From: an uncultured Thermoplasmatales archaeon
GTDB taxonomy: Archaea > Thermoplasmatota > E2 > UBA202 > DSCA01
Assembly: GCA_964514975.1 (NCBI GenBank)
Contig: CAZESS010000006.1
Coordinates: forward strand, 1 to 64,000
Length of the DNA stretch: 64,000 bases
Reading direction: 5' to 3'
This document shows, one piece after another, positions 54,316-62,475 of the stretch (its first letter is position 1; each line of letters starts with the position of its first letter). The notes below the pieces were generated by a model. It was not told the origin of the DNA. It worked only from the letters and a program-made list of their open reading frames with translations, and made no database searches. Position numbers and translations under genes: made by a program.

Positions 54316-55239
54316 TTATAAAGCCTTAAACCTGTACTGCACTTGTTCTTGTTCTTCGCCTACGGCCATTAACCCTTCCGGGCCGAAGGTTTCTAGTAAC
54401 TTGTTTTGGTTTATCACAAACTTCGTGAAACTAATTCTCTTAACTCTAAGAAGTCCGGCCACTTCCATTACTTCGGTTTCACCCATCTCTTGTAAGAGGA
54501 ACCTTCGCACCTCTTCCTTCATAAGCTTGCCAACCTTTTCCAGCTTATCCCCTTCTATCCACCTATTAGCGACCTCTTCGTCAGGGCTTACGGAAACTTT
54601 ACTAAAGTCGATTACGTCGAAGCAGCCGTATCCACATTTGGTACACCACGCGCACGGCTGAGGCTCGGGTACCCACCCTTCTAATCGAATTTTGTCGCAC
54701 CACTCCAAGATAGGTAAAATGAAGTCGTCGTCCCTCTTCACCACTTCATCTAAGAAGGTGTTGTTGTTCTTAAGCTTAATGAAAAAGTCGGCGTACTTGT
54801 CCCCCATACCTATCAAATAACCATTTACTTGGGCTTTTTGCATGGGGAGACTATCGAGTCCGCCCGATTGAAAGTCTGCTACGTGTAGAGAACCGGCGTC
54901 GTAGGCTTTATGTTCCCACAAGTACGTCTCCCCGCTGAAAATAAACTCGCCATCGATGTGTCCCGGTACTTCCGACTTGCCGATGGCTACGCTGGCTTGC
55001 CTATTAATAATACTTATACCCGCTTTTTCCAACCTGCGCGTCGTTTGTTCTTCTTGCCAAGCTCCATCGTCCATATTATAGTACATTTGTGGAGTAAGGT
55101 CTTGGTTCCAGAACTGACCCGTATGAACCAAGTACAAGCGGTATGGACACGGGAAAAGTTGACTAACCGTTATGCCTGTTGGCCGTCCTTCGTTGTTTCT
55201 TTTTCTGGGAGCTGCAGCATGCAGTATTTGATTAAGCAC
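54316..55239 (-). CDS. Cas4-like PD-(D/E)XK exonuclease
   Basis: CPYR, GHIDG, EHK, Q..GY, C..C..C...C. Confidence 0.75.
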   Translation of the reverse strand: MLNQILHAAAPRKRNNEGRPTGITVSQLFPCPYRLYLVHTGQFWNQDLTPQMYYNMDDGAWQEEQTTRRLEKAGISIINRQASVAIGKSEVPGHIDGEFIFSGETYLWEHKAYDAGSLHVADFQSGGLDSLPMQKAQVNGYLIGMGDKYADFFIKLKNNNTFLDEVVKRDDDFILPILEWCDKIRLEGWVPEPQPCAWCTKCGYGCFDVIDFSKVSVSPDEEVANRWIEGDKLEKVGKLMKEEVRRFLLQEMGETEVMEVAGLLRVKRISFTKFVINQNKLLETFGPEGLMAVGEEQEQVQYRFKAL

Positions 55240-55738
55240 TTTCTTGCACCTCGAAAACTCTCATTTGTAAAGGCCAAACAATATCCATATTAGGGTCGTG
55301 TGAGAAGATACCTAAAGTAAGAGTGTCATAGCTTTCGATACTATCAACGAAGCCTGGCAACAAGTCGTTACTAGGACATATGTAAATGTCTTGACCTTTT
55401 CTAAGCGCGTTGATGTTAAACCCCGCACGCCCGTCCCAGATAACGGTCCATCTGTCGGCTTTGGTAAAGTATTTAGGAGTAGGTTCGCTACTCTTCACCT
55501 CTATCTCTACTCTACAACCAGCTTTAGACAACAGCTCAGCTAAGCTGCTCATACCTTGCTCGCTTGCACCGTTTTTAATCACAACCCAGCAACCTTTTAC
55601 CAAGCCCATAGTACTGAGTCTACGCACTACGTCTTCTGTTTTTAGGTTTTGACCAAACCCGCATTCGATGAAAATTGCGGGAAGACCTGTGTTTAATCCG
55701 TATCGTCTAATATCCTTATTGATGTTAAATATATACAT
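55232..55738 (-). CDS. QueE paralog lacking the radical-SAM cluster motif
   Basis: Colinear with QueE at 50497 but without the Cys loop. Confidence 0.6.
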   Translation of the reverse strand: MYIFNINKDIRRYGLNTGLPAIFIECGFGQNLKTEDVVRRLSTMGLVKGCWVVIKNGASEQGMSSLAELLSKAGCRVEIEVKSSEPTPKYFTKADRWTVIWDGRAGFNINALRKGQDIYICPSNDLLPGFVDSIESYDTLTLGIFSHDPNMDIVWPLQMRVFEVQESA

Positions 55739-55749
55739 TATGCCTCCTA

Positions 55750-55823
55750 CGCTCCCGCTGGGACTCGAACCCAGAACCCCCTGTTTAGAAGACAGATGCT
55801 CTAATCCATTGAGCTACGAGAGC
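55750..55823 (-). tRNA. trnR: tRNA-Arg(TCT), no encoded CCA
   Basis: Acceptor GCTCTCG/CGGGAGC, anticodon loop CTTCTAA, GGTTCGAGTCC. Confidence 0.95.
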
Positions 55824-55831
55824 CAATATAC

Positions 55832-55948
55832 GAAAGACGGCCAAGTACCGACGTGCATTACGCGCCCTTCCAGCTCAGCACACGGGGAGGCAATGGGTTG
55901 GCAGGAAACAACCCAGGAGGGCTTTCCCGGGTACTTGGCCGGCCTTTC
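55832..55948 (-). ncRNA. Candidate structured ncRNA
   Basis: 12-bp perfect closing stem CGGCCAAGTACC/GGTACTTGGCCG plus inner stems; GC-rich intergenic island. Confidence 0.55.
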
Positions 55949-55965
55949 CAAAAATTAAGGTGCAG

Positions 55966-56388
55966 CTACGAACTGAGGTTTTCTAGTCTCCGAAATATAG
56001 AAGCTGCTTCGGGATCATCTTCGTAATAGTCGTCAGCTGCGTTAGCGAAACTCTCGTGATAGTTGTGCCAAAAACTGTCCAAAGCGTTTATCATGTCTTC
56101 GCGTGTACGTGCGTACCGTAAACTTTTTATAAGACCTCTCAACCAACGTACATCCACGTGTAAGACGTTATCATAGTCCACTTCTGTACTTTCATTAGGT
56201 ACTCTTCTTCCCCAGTCCTGCATTTCGAGTTGTAAGGTATCAGCGAGCCTTCTACAAGTACGTTTAAGGGTTCCATCGTCTACGTAGCGGCCCAGCGCTA
56301 TACTTTCGTAAACCCGTAAGGAAGGTTTTAAGCCTGAAACTACAACCCATGAGAGAAACTTCCATCCGTCCCTATGTTTTAACACCAC
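55966..56388 (-). CDS. Hypothetical protein
   Basis: Coupled ORF. Confidence 0.55.
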   Translation of the reverse strand: MVLKHRDGWKFLSWVVVSGLKPSLRVYESIALGRYVDDGTLKRTCRRLADTLQLEMQDWGRRVPNESTEVDYDNVLHVDVRWLRGLIKSLRYARTREDMINALDSFWHNYHESFANAADDYYEDDPEAASIFRRLENLSS

Positions 56389-57341
56389 TACGCGCTTACC
56401 CCTACGAACTTATGAATCTCTTCCATCAACTCTTGAAAATTACAAACCCATGAGTACTTTTTACTTGCGCGAGCAACAGCCACGTACAATACACGTTCTT
56501 CCTCTCCGGGTTTGTTGGGGTACCAATCATACACAATCACGTTATCGAACTCGTGCCCTTTACTTGCGTGTACAGTCATCAGCCTAAGGTCACTAGGACC
56601 TACTACATCGTACTCACGATTTGTACCAAACCTAGCCGACAACCTTACCCTATGGGGGATTTGCTTCCCCTTCAAGTAGTTACTTACTTCGAAAAGCTGA
56701 TCGTTACGTCTACAAAGGATTGCAGTAGTGCCGGAGTCTCTTACATCCGCGCTAACTAATCCTCTCTTATAGATTTTGTTAAGGAGCTCCACTATTTCGG
56801 GGCAAGAGCGATAGTTGTTTATTAACGGAATCTCTTTACATCCGCACTTATGGAGAATGTCCATTACAGATGGTCCTAAAGCTCCCTGAAACCCGTAAAT
56901 AGATTGGTAAGGGTCTCCTACGGCAAATATACGTCTATTTACAAGGGACAATACTACGTCCATTTCCATAGGGTTGAGGTCCTGACACTCATCTACTAAA
57001 ACCCAATCAAATTGCATTGGGTCTGTGTGTTGAGCCCACAAGAACCTTTGCAACAGATAGGTATACCCTTCCTCTTCTTCTCCACCATAAGGTACTTGCC
57101 ACCCTACGGCTTGACAACATAACGAATGTATGGTAAGAGAGGGTACATGCGGTACCCGCGATGCCATCTCTAACGCAGCAGAACGCGTAAAGCACAAGCA
57201 AACTATGGTTTCGTTGTTTTCAATGAGCGCGCGGGCCTTTTCTGTAAGTACTCTAGTTTTACCAGAGCCGGGACCGGCAACACAAATAACGCTCTCGCTC
57301 TCGTTAACAACCGCCGCCTGTTCTAGGTCAAGATTAGACAT
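56388..57341 (-). CDS. Compact UvrD/Rep-family SF1 helicase
   Basis: AGPGSGKT, DECQD, VGDPYQSIYGF, NYRS, TVHASKGHEF, YVAVARA. Confidence 0.9.
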   Translation of the reverse strand: MSNLDLEQAAVVNESESVICVAGPGSGKTRVLTEKARALIENNETIVCLCFTRSAALEMASRVPHVPSLTIHSLCCQAVGWQVPYGGEEEEGYTYLLQRFLWAQHTDPMQFDWVLVDECQDLNPMEMDVVLSLVNRRIFAVGDPYQSIYGFQGALGPSVMDILHKCGCKEIPLINNYRSCPEIVELLNKIYKRGLVSADVRDSGTTAILCRRNDQLFEVSNYLKGKQIPHRVRLSARFGTNREYDVVGPSDLRLMTVHASKGHEFDNVIVYDWYPNKPGEEERVLYVAVARASKKYSWVCNFQELMEEIHKFVGVSA

Positions 57342-58056
57342 TTATCTCTTTCCTAAGAAAGGCTATGTTCCTACAAATGCCCGCCCAAGTGTCTTTGTTC
57401 AAAGGTATTCTAGAAGTGTCAGTTGTGCGATCGAAGTCGTCGAAGTCCTTTTGAGCTAATCCGGATCTTACGGGCACGTCCGTGTCTATGCTGACGACGT
57501 TAGGTAAACCTGCATACCACCTAAACTCGTCTAAGGTAGTAAGTCCTAACAGATGCACTTGGATATTTTCGGGGATGTGCTTTACCACCAACACCCTTCT
57601 TAAGGTTTTCAACCAATCGGGGTCTTCCTTTTTAGAACCGCCTACCCTATAAGGTACCAAGACTACACCGGAATCGTAGTATTGTAGACACTGTAAAGCC
57701 TCTTCAGGAGAAGAACCTTGTAACACCCCTGCAATTATGGGGTCACAACCCTCAAACTTGGTATTCTTAAACTGCAGAAAAGCTTCTACAGTCTTTTGAA
57801 AGTCGTTTATCCAATCCGGGCTCACTATTATCCAAGGTTTAACAGCGTTTGCTACTTCGATAAGTTGCTCCGGCTGCAACGGTTCGCCTTTCTCCGTTAC
57901 CGAGTTATCGACTACCTTCAAGTTAGTGGACTCTTCAAGGTAGTACTTAGCGTACTCTTCGTCGTCCAAAAACCTGTCTGCTAATATCCAATCAAAGTCG
58001 GCGAAAGGTTGAACCATTCCCAACAAGCTAGTCGGACATTCTAGTGCGAGCTTCAT
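57334..58056 (-). CDS. TGT-fold DNA 7-deazaguanine transglycosylase (DpdA-like)
   Basis: VDNS, SPD, GVLQG, HLLG, SIDT motifs; near folE/queC. Confidence 0.7.
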   Translation of the reverse strand: MKLALECPTSLLGMVQPFADFDWILADRFLDDEEYAKYYLEESTNLKVVDNSVTEKGEPLQPEQLIEVANAVKPWIIVSPDWINDFQKTVEAFLQFKNTKFEGCDPIIAGVLQGSSPEEALQCLQYYDSGVVLVPYRVGGSKKEDPDWLKTLRRVLVVKHIPENIQVHLLGLTTLDEFRWYAGLPNVVSIDTDVPVRSGLAQKDFDDFDRTTDTSRIPLNKDTWAGICRNIAFLRKEINV

Positions 58057-58315
58057 TTGCGCCTCCTGGATTATCGATGTGCCAAACTGCTAAAGCGCCC
58101 CAACAAATAAGGTCTATCAGGTCTTCGCGAAACTTGGGTGTCGATACTTTACCTTTTTCTAATCTGGTTCGCAAGTACTCCGCCTTACGAAAAACCTCAT
58201 GTATGCAAGTCTTGTCTCCTGCACGAATCCAAGAATCTCCGTAATCGTCTTCCTTCCCTTGCAACATGCTTTCAGCATCAGCCCATACGTAAGACACCCT
58301 TTCAAACGTATTCAT
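58028..58315 (-). CDS. Nmad1/DUF1599-like protein
   Basis: KEDDYGDSW...K..L...EDLIDL. Confidence 0.7.
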   Translation of the reverse strand: MNTFERVSYVWADAESMLQGKEDDYGDSWIRAGDKTCIHEVFRKAEYLRTRLEKGKVSTPKFREDLIDLICWGALAVWHIDNPGGANEARTRMSD

Positions 58316-58905
58316 ACTTTTTGCCCTCCTGTAACTAATGTAAGAAACTCGGCACGCGAAGCAGGATTGTGGAACATGGCTCCCGTTAAAAAGGAAGTGC
58401 TTACACACGCCTCTTGTTTTATTCCCCTAGATCTCATACAATCATGTTCGCCAACGACGTAAACGCCCACACCTTTGGGATTAAGCTTATTTTGTATGAC
58501 CTTTGCCACCTCTCGCGTGTACATCTCCTGAATAACTGGACGGTGGGCTAAAGTCTCCGCGACCCTTGCAAGTTTACTTAAACCTAATACCAAGTCGTCT
58601 GGAATGTAACCAACGTGTACGGTAAACTTACACGGCAAAAGGTGGTGTGGACATAAAGTCCAAACCCTTACAGGACCTGCAACCAACATTTCGTCGTATT
58701 TGTCTACAAACGCCGTACTAAGGTGACGCTCTAGTTCCGAGTCGATCTTTTCATTAGGCCAGCAAAACTCTTGATAAGCTCTTACCAACCTTTCTCCCGT
58801 ACCCGTAAACTGATTACGACCATCCCAACCGTAGTAGCGCTGCTTTAACCACGCCTCTAAATCATTAAAAGTAGCGCTAACATCTTTACTGTTCTCTTGC
58901 GACAT
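58312..58905 (-). CDS. folE: GTP cyclohydrolase I
   Basis: CPHHLLP, GLSKLAR, IQE, H.CM..RG. Confidence 0.93.
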   Translation of the reverse strand: MSQENSKDVSATFNDLEAWLKQRYYGWDGRNQFTGTGERLVRAYQEFCWPNEKIDSELERHLSTAFVDKYDEMLVAGPVRVWTLCPHHLLPCKFTVHVGYIPDDLVLGLSKLARVAETLAHRPVIQEMYTREVAKVIQNKLNPKGVGVYVVGEHDCMRSRGIKQEACVSTSFLTGAMFHNPASRAEFLTLVTGGQKV

Positions 58906-58907
58906 TA

Positions 58908-59171
58908 CTACTCCCTTATACGAAACTTTTTGTTAACCCATCGAGCGATTGCCCAACACAACAACAGTGTAGTGAATATGATCCACGCGGGTGCGACGAA
59001 CGACAGTACCTGCCCATAAGTGCTTGTACCAAAGATTTGCGGAGCTAAATGTCCTAATCTTTGTGCAGCTGTTACGCTGTACACCAGAGCAAACACCATC
59101 CAGGTAATCAAACCTGCCCATACACACACTCTCACTACTGTCACGGCTTTGGGATCCTTAGGTCTCCACAT
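58908..59171 (-). CDS. 2-TM membrane protein
   Basis: Hydrophobic helices. Confidence 0.6.
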   Translation of the reverse strand: MWRPKDPKAVTVVRVCVWAGLITWMVFALVYSVTAAQRLGHLAPQIFGTSTYGQVLSFVAPAWIIFTTLLLCWAIARWVNKKFRIRE

Positions 59172-59172
59172 G

Positions 59173-59421
59173 TTACCTCCTTCTACTTGGAAAGTACAAA
59201 CTCTTTTTACGGCGAGCTGGGTAGTAAAAGTCCCTACCTTGCCTCACGTATAAGCTCTTACTAAGTGCGGAAAGGAACTTTATAGTAGCCCATCCCAAAG
59301 CGACAACCGCCAATACCAGTAAGACGGTGCCACCTATAACGGCTATGAAAATCTTTTTGCCGCTACCAGAGTTGCGCCACTTGGAGTTAACGATCTGAGA
59401 AGCTTGTTGTAGCACGTGCAT
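59173..59421 (-). CDS. Single-TM basic protein
   Basis: One TM helix. Confidence 0.55.
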   Translation of the reverse strand: MHVLQQASQIVNSKWRNSGSGKKIFIAVIGGTVLLVLAVVALGWATIKFLSALSKSLYVRQGRDFYYPARRKKSLYFPSRRR

Positions 59422-59422
59422 C

Positions 59423-59626
59423 TCATATCCCTAACAACTTTCTGAAAATTGCGGAATCGGGTTGTGAAAGTTTCCTCAGCCCAGAAGCGTTGAAGCCTGG
59501 TTGAGTGTGTTTGCGGGGAATGTAGGTATCGGGAGACTCGGGAGGAGCTTCGGCCGAACCTTCTTCAATCTCGGCTTCCAGCTCCCTTGCCAATTGTAGC
59601 AGTTCCTGTACTTTTTGTGAATCCAT
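59423..59626 (-). CDS. Hypothetical protein
   Basis: GGAGG RBS before MDSQ. Confidence 0.55.
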   Translation of the reverse strand: MDSQKVQELLQLARELEAEIEEGSAEAPPESPDTYIPRKHTQPGFNASGLRKLSQPDSAIFRKLLGI

Positions 59627-59638
59627 TTTTGCCTCCTG

Positions 59639-59661
59639 CCTCGGGGTTTCAGCCCCCGAGG
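59639..59661 (-). other. GC-rich intergenic hairpin next to RBS
   Basis: CCTCGGGG...CCCCGAGG, no U tract. Confidence 0.6.
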
Positions 59662-59667
59662 ACTTGT

Positions 59668-59901
59668 TTAACCTACTTTCACTACGTGCTCCGGATTGAT
59701 AGCACATTCGTGTCCACTATCCGACACAAACTGCCTATCCTCGGGGTAGTACCATCCTAACTCTCCTGCTTGTAGGTAATCTTCAACCAACCTTCTCCCT
59801 ACTTCCGCTGGGATGAGATCACCCACTTCGTAATCCTCTGCTTCAGGGGAATAGGACATCCAACCTTCCTTCACCCTAGCTCTAAACTCTTCTGCCATCA
59901 C
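59668..59901 (-). CDS. Hypothetical protein
   Basis: Operonic ORF. Confidence 0.55.
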   Translation of the reverse strand: MMAEEFRARVKEGWMSYSPEAEDYEVGDLIPAEVGRRLVEDYLQAGELGWYYPEDRQFVSDSGHECAINPEHVVKVG

Positions 59902-59910
59902 TTTAACCCC

Positions 59911-60579
59911 CTACACGTATGCTATAGGATCTTCTACTCCTGCTTGTTCGAAAGCCCGTAGTCTAATACGGCAGCTATCACAAGCGCCGCAAGCCTTTTC
60001 TTCACCCTTGTAACAAGACCACGTAAGCTCGAAAGGTACTCCTAGCTGCAACCCCATTTCAACCTCTTCAGCTTTACTCCTGTAAATAATGGGCGTTACG
60101 ATACGGATGTGTTGGCCTGTCTCTACGAATCTCTTACTAGCAAGATTCAACGCAGAATCCATAGCATTGAAAAACTCTGGCCTGCAATCCGGGTACCCGC
60201 TATAATCAACTACATTAGCGCCCAACCATACTTCTGTAGCTCCGATAACTTCGGCCCAAGCGTAAGCTAACGTAAGGAACAAGCTGTTACGTTGAGGTAC
60301 CCAAGTTACAGGTATTCCACCTTCTTCGCCTTTATCGGGAACTTGGATTGCGTCGTCCGTAAGAGCCGATCCGCCTATTTGGTCAAGAGGTACTCCTGTA
60401 ATGACCTTATGTTGCAAAACTCCTAACTTCTCCGATAACGCCTTAGCGCATTGTAGCTCTTTGTCGTGGCGTTGCCCGTATTGGAAAGACAAAGCATACA
60501 AATCTACATCCGGCTCATTTGCTAACCAAGCCGTTACGGCGGAGTCCAAACCCCCCGACATCAGCACTACTCTTTTCAA
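59911..60579 (-). CDS. queC: 7-cyano-7-deazaguanine synthase
   Basis: SGGLDS, YGQRH, VPQRN, YPDCRPEF, TWSCY, CGACDSC. Confidence 0.95.
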   Translation of the reverse strand: MKRVVLMSGGLDSAVTAWLANEPDVDLYALSFQYGQRHDKELQCAKALSEKLGVLQHKVITGVPLDQIGGSALTDDAIQVPDKGEEGGIPVTWVPQRNSLFLTLAYAWAEVIGATEVWLGANVVDYSGYPDCRPEFFNAMDSALNLASKRFVETGQHIRIVTPIIYRSKAEEVEMGLQLGVPFELTWSCYKGEEKACGACDSCRIRLRAFEQAGVEDPIAYV

Positions 60580-60800
60580 ATCATTCCTCCTCTTTTTAAC
60601 GCGTTAACGTAGTTAGTTACCTGCACACGCGCTTGCCTACTGTAACCCTTTTTACTTAGGTGAGTTTTCATTAAATCGAATCGCTTACGCAAAGGTGTAC
60701 CCTTCATTGATACTCTGAGGTCTTGCCATTCACCGTCCTTAACCGCACGTTGTATTTCAGCTTGTCCGTATATGCCGAAGATTAGCTCGTCCCAGGACAT
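60576..60800 (-). CDS. Hypothetical protein
   Basis: QVTNYVNALKRGG; GAGGTG RBS. Confidence 0.6.
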   Translation of the reverse strand: MSWDELIFGIYGQAEIQRAVKDGEWQDLRVSMKGTPLRKRFDLMKTHLSKKGYSRQARVQVTNYVNALKRGGMI

Positions 60801-61132
60801 ATTGTTATTACCACCTCTTCTCGTTCGCTGCACTCAACGCAACCTTCATCCACCATAATAAAGTATTTGTCGTTTACTTGTAACCCGTCTTGCACCGCGT
60901 CGGAAATAATTTTGAACAAATTGGAGATGTCTGGCCTGCGCTCATCCTTAAAGAACCCTTTTACACCTATTTGGTAGCGAGAAGCTTTTGGCAAGTCTCC
61001 TTTTTCAACGTGTTCCGTAAGTAAGGCTTTCCAAGACTTTACTACACCTTTTGTATTGTAGTTACGACGTTTATAGAAGTTCTCGCTAAGCACGCCACCG
61101 ATATAAGGCATTCTAATCATCAACGTCTTCAT
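60782..61132 (-). CDS. RusA-like Holliday junction resolvase
   Basis: RPDISNLFKIISDAV....ND. Confidence 0.75.
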   Translation of the reverse strand: MKTLMIRMPYIGGVLSENFYKRRNYNTKGVVKSWKALLTEHVEKGDLPKASRYQIGVKGFFKDERRPDISNLFKIISDAVQDGLQVNDKYFIMVDEGCVECSEREEVVITICPGTS

Positions 61133-61388
61133 CAGCGTCTGGTTCAGGGTAGTCTTCGTCTAGCCAACAATCCATTATCTCCATCTTAGCTCGTTCTAGG
61201 AAGCCAACTATCTTGGAGCAATCCATCTTAGTACACACTACCCTAAAAAAGCCTTCTCGGTCTACGTAAATACCTATTAGGTGTTCAGGGTCTGCCTTTA
61301 CCAACGATTCTAGCAACTTTTGTGGTCCGTCATCAGGTGCCATCATACCAAATAACTCACTGAGCTTGTCCGGAATTTCTTTGCCCAT
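61113..61388 (-). CDS. Hypothetical protein
   Basis: GAGGAG RBS before MGKEIP. Confidence 0.55.
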   Translation of the reverse strand: MGKEIPDKLSELFGMMAPDDGPQKLLESLVKADPEHLIGIYVDREGFFRVVCTKMDCSKIVGFLERAKMEIMDCWLDEDYPEPDADEDVDD

Positions 61389-61722
61389 ACTCCTCTCTCC
61401 TTTTTTCAATTCTGGAACGACACTTCACACACCTACGTGAAAGCTCACGCACATTCTCTTCATAGTCTATACAAGGAGTGTATGAAGAAGAGTAAGTAAC
61501 TTGTTGCAAAGGGGAAGCATGAGCAAAACCCCTTTTTTGCATTTCCTTTACGAGTTCGTCATGTCTTGCGTCCAACTTGCTTTCGTCAAACAGTCCCCCA
61601 AGAACATACCCCGATACAGAAATGTTTTTGAGAATACTGCCTACAAACATGTGACACTCTTTGTGTTCACCTAAAAGGTGTTGATCGCAAAGGATGGTAG
61701 GGTCTACACACCATAACCTGAT
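61357..61722 (-). CDS. Pyrimidine-dimer DNA glycosylase/endonuclease V-like protein (ATC start)
   Basis: (I)RLWCVDPTILCDQHLLGEHKECHM, RHDELVKEMQKRGF.H.SP; GGAGG 6 nt before ATC. Confidence 0.75.
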   Translation of the reverse strand: MRLWCVDPTILCDQHLLGEHKECHMFVGSILKNISVSGYVLGGLFDESKLDARHDELVKEMQKRGFAHASPLQQVTYSSSYTPCIDYEENVRELSRRCVKCRSRIEKRREEYGQRNSGQAQ

Positions 61723-61737
61723 TTTTTGCCTCCTGGT

Positions 61738-61842
61738 ACCCCTGACGAAGCCCCGGCGTTCTTAAGACTTTGATTAAAAGAATGCCTCGTCAATTATGAC
61801 GCACGTCCAACTTACTCTCAGAACCCGGGACCCGTCAAGGGT
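61738..61842 (-). ncRNA. Candidate rod-like structured RNA
   Basis: Nested stems CCCTTGACG/CGTCAGGGG, GGTCCCGG/CCGGGGCT, GTTCT/AGAAC, CGTCA-TAAT-TGACG. Confidence 0.5.
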
Positions 61843-61843
61843 G

Positions 61844-62472
61844 GCTAGTGTCCGAAGGCGAGTTAGCTACTTACGCAGCGTGCTGTTTGTCGTAGCGGTC
61901 GGCCGGGTAAATGCGGTCTACGCGAGGGCGGATCTGCTCCTCGAACGCCTCATTGTGGAGCTTGGCGGAAGCTTCCATACCAATCCAGTCACCCGGCTTG
62001 AATACGAATGCCTCGTTAAGCTGCACGTCAGGGTCGAGAGCCTTAAGAAGCTGGTAAAGGAAAGGTAGCGCCTGTGACTGCAGGGAGAACTCCCTAAACA
62101 GCTTACGCCCGGAGGCTTTAACAGTGCGCTCGCTATAGCCCACCTTCTTCATGCCGCCTTCGGCTTCCTCATCGGGCTCCCACTCCTCTATCGCGACTTC
62201 TTCAGGACCAATGATGGTCATCTCGCAGGTAACCTTTTTCTGGTTACTGCGGTTGGAGACACCCTTTTCCATGTTGGTGACGCGGACCTTGTAGATCTCG
62301 CGATCGTCCAACGGCTCAAATGGCCTTACTTCGGAAAAGTCTAGAATCTCCTCGTTCTCAGCTTCTGGTCGTCTTGCCAATGTGTTTCCTCCTACTACAA
62401 ACAAATTTTTACTGTTCCAGTCAATCCTCAGCTAATACCCGGTTCCCCGTACTAGCCTCTTCGGACACTAGC
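61844..62472. repeat. 14-bp inverted repeat enclosing the SSB gene
   Basis: GCTAGTGTCCGAAG at 61844-61857; CTTCGGACACTAGC at 62459-62472. Confidence 0.85.
61871..62380 (-). CDS. Phage ssDNA-binding protein (DUF669-like)
   Basis: DFSEV..FEPL...YKVRV, GRKLF, L..LL.AL; AGGAGG before TTG. Confidence 0.7.
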   Translation of the reverse strand: MARRPEAENEEILDFSEVRPFEPLDDREIYKVRVTNMEKGVSNRSNQKKVTCEMTIIGPEEVAIEEWEPDEEAEGGMKKVGYSERTVKASGRKLFREFSLQSQALPFLYQLLKALDPDVQLNEAFVFKPGDWIGMEASAKLHNEAFEEQIRPRVDRIYPADRYDKQHAA

Positions 62473-62475
62473 GCA

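Noticed and set aside
55750-55948. Theta ribozyme next to tRNA-Arg
   Set aside because: Theta ribozymes lie 3' of tRNAs; this element is 5' and lacks a complete cis P1.
62405-62435. Hammerhead-like CUGAGGA followed by a hairpin in the SSB leader
   Set aside because: The required GAAA and stems I/III were not found.
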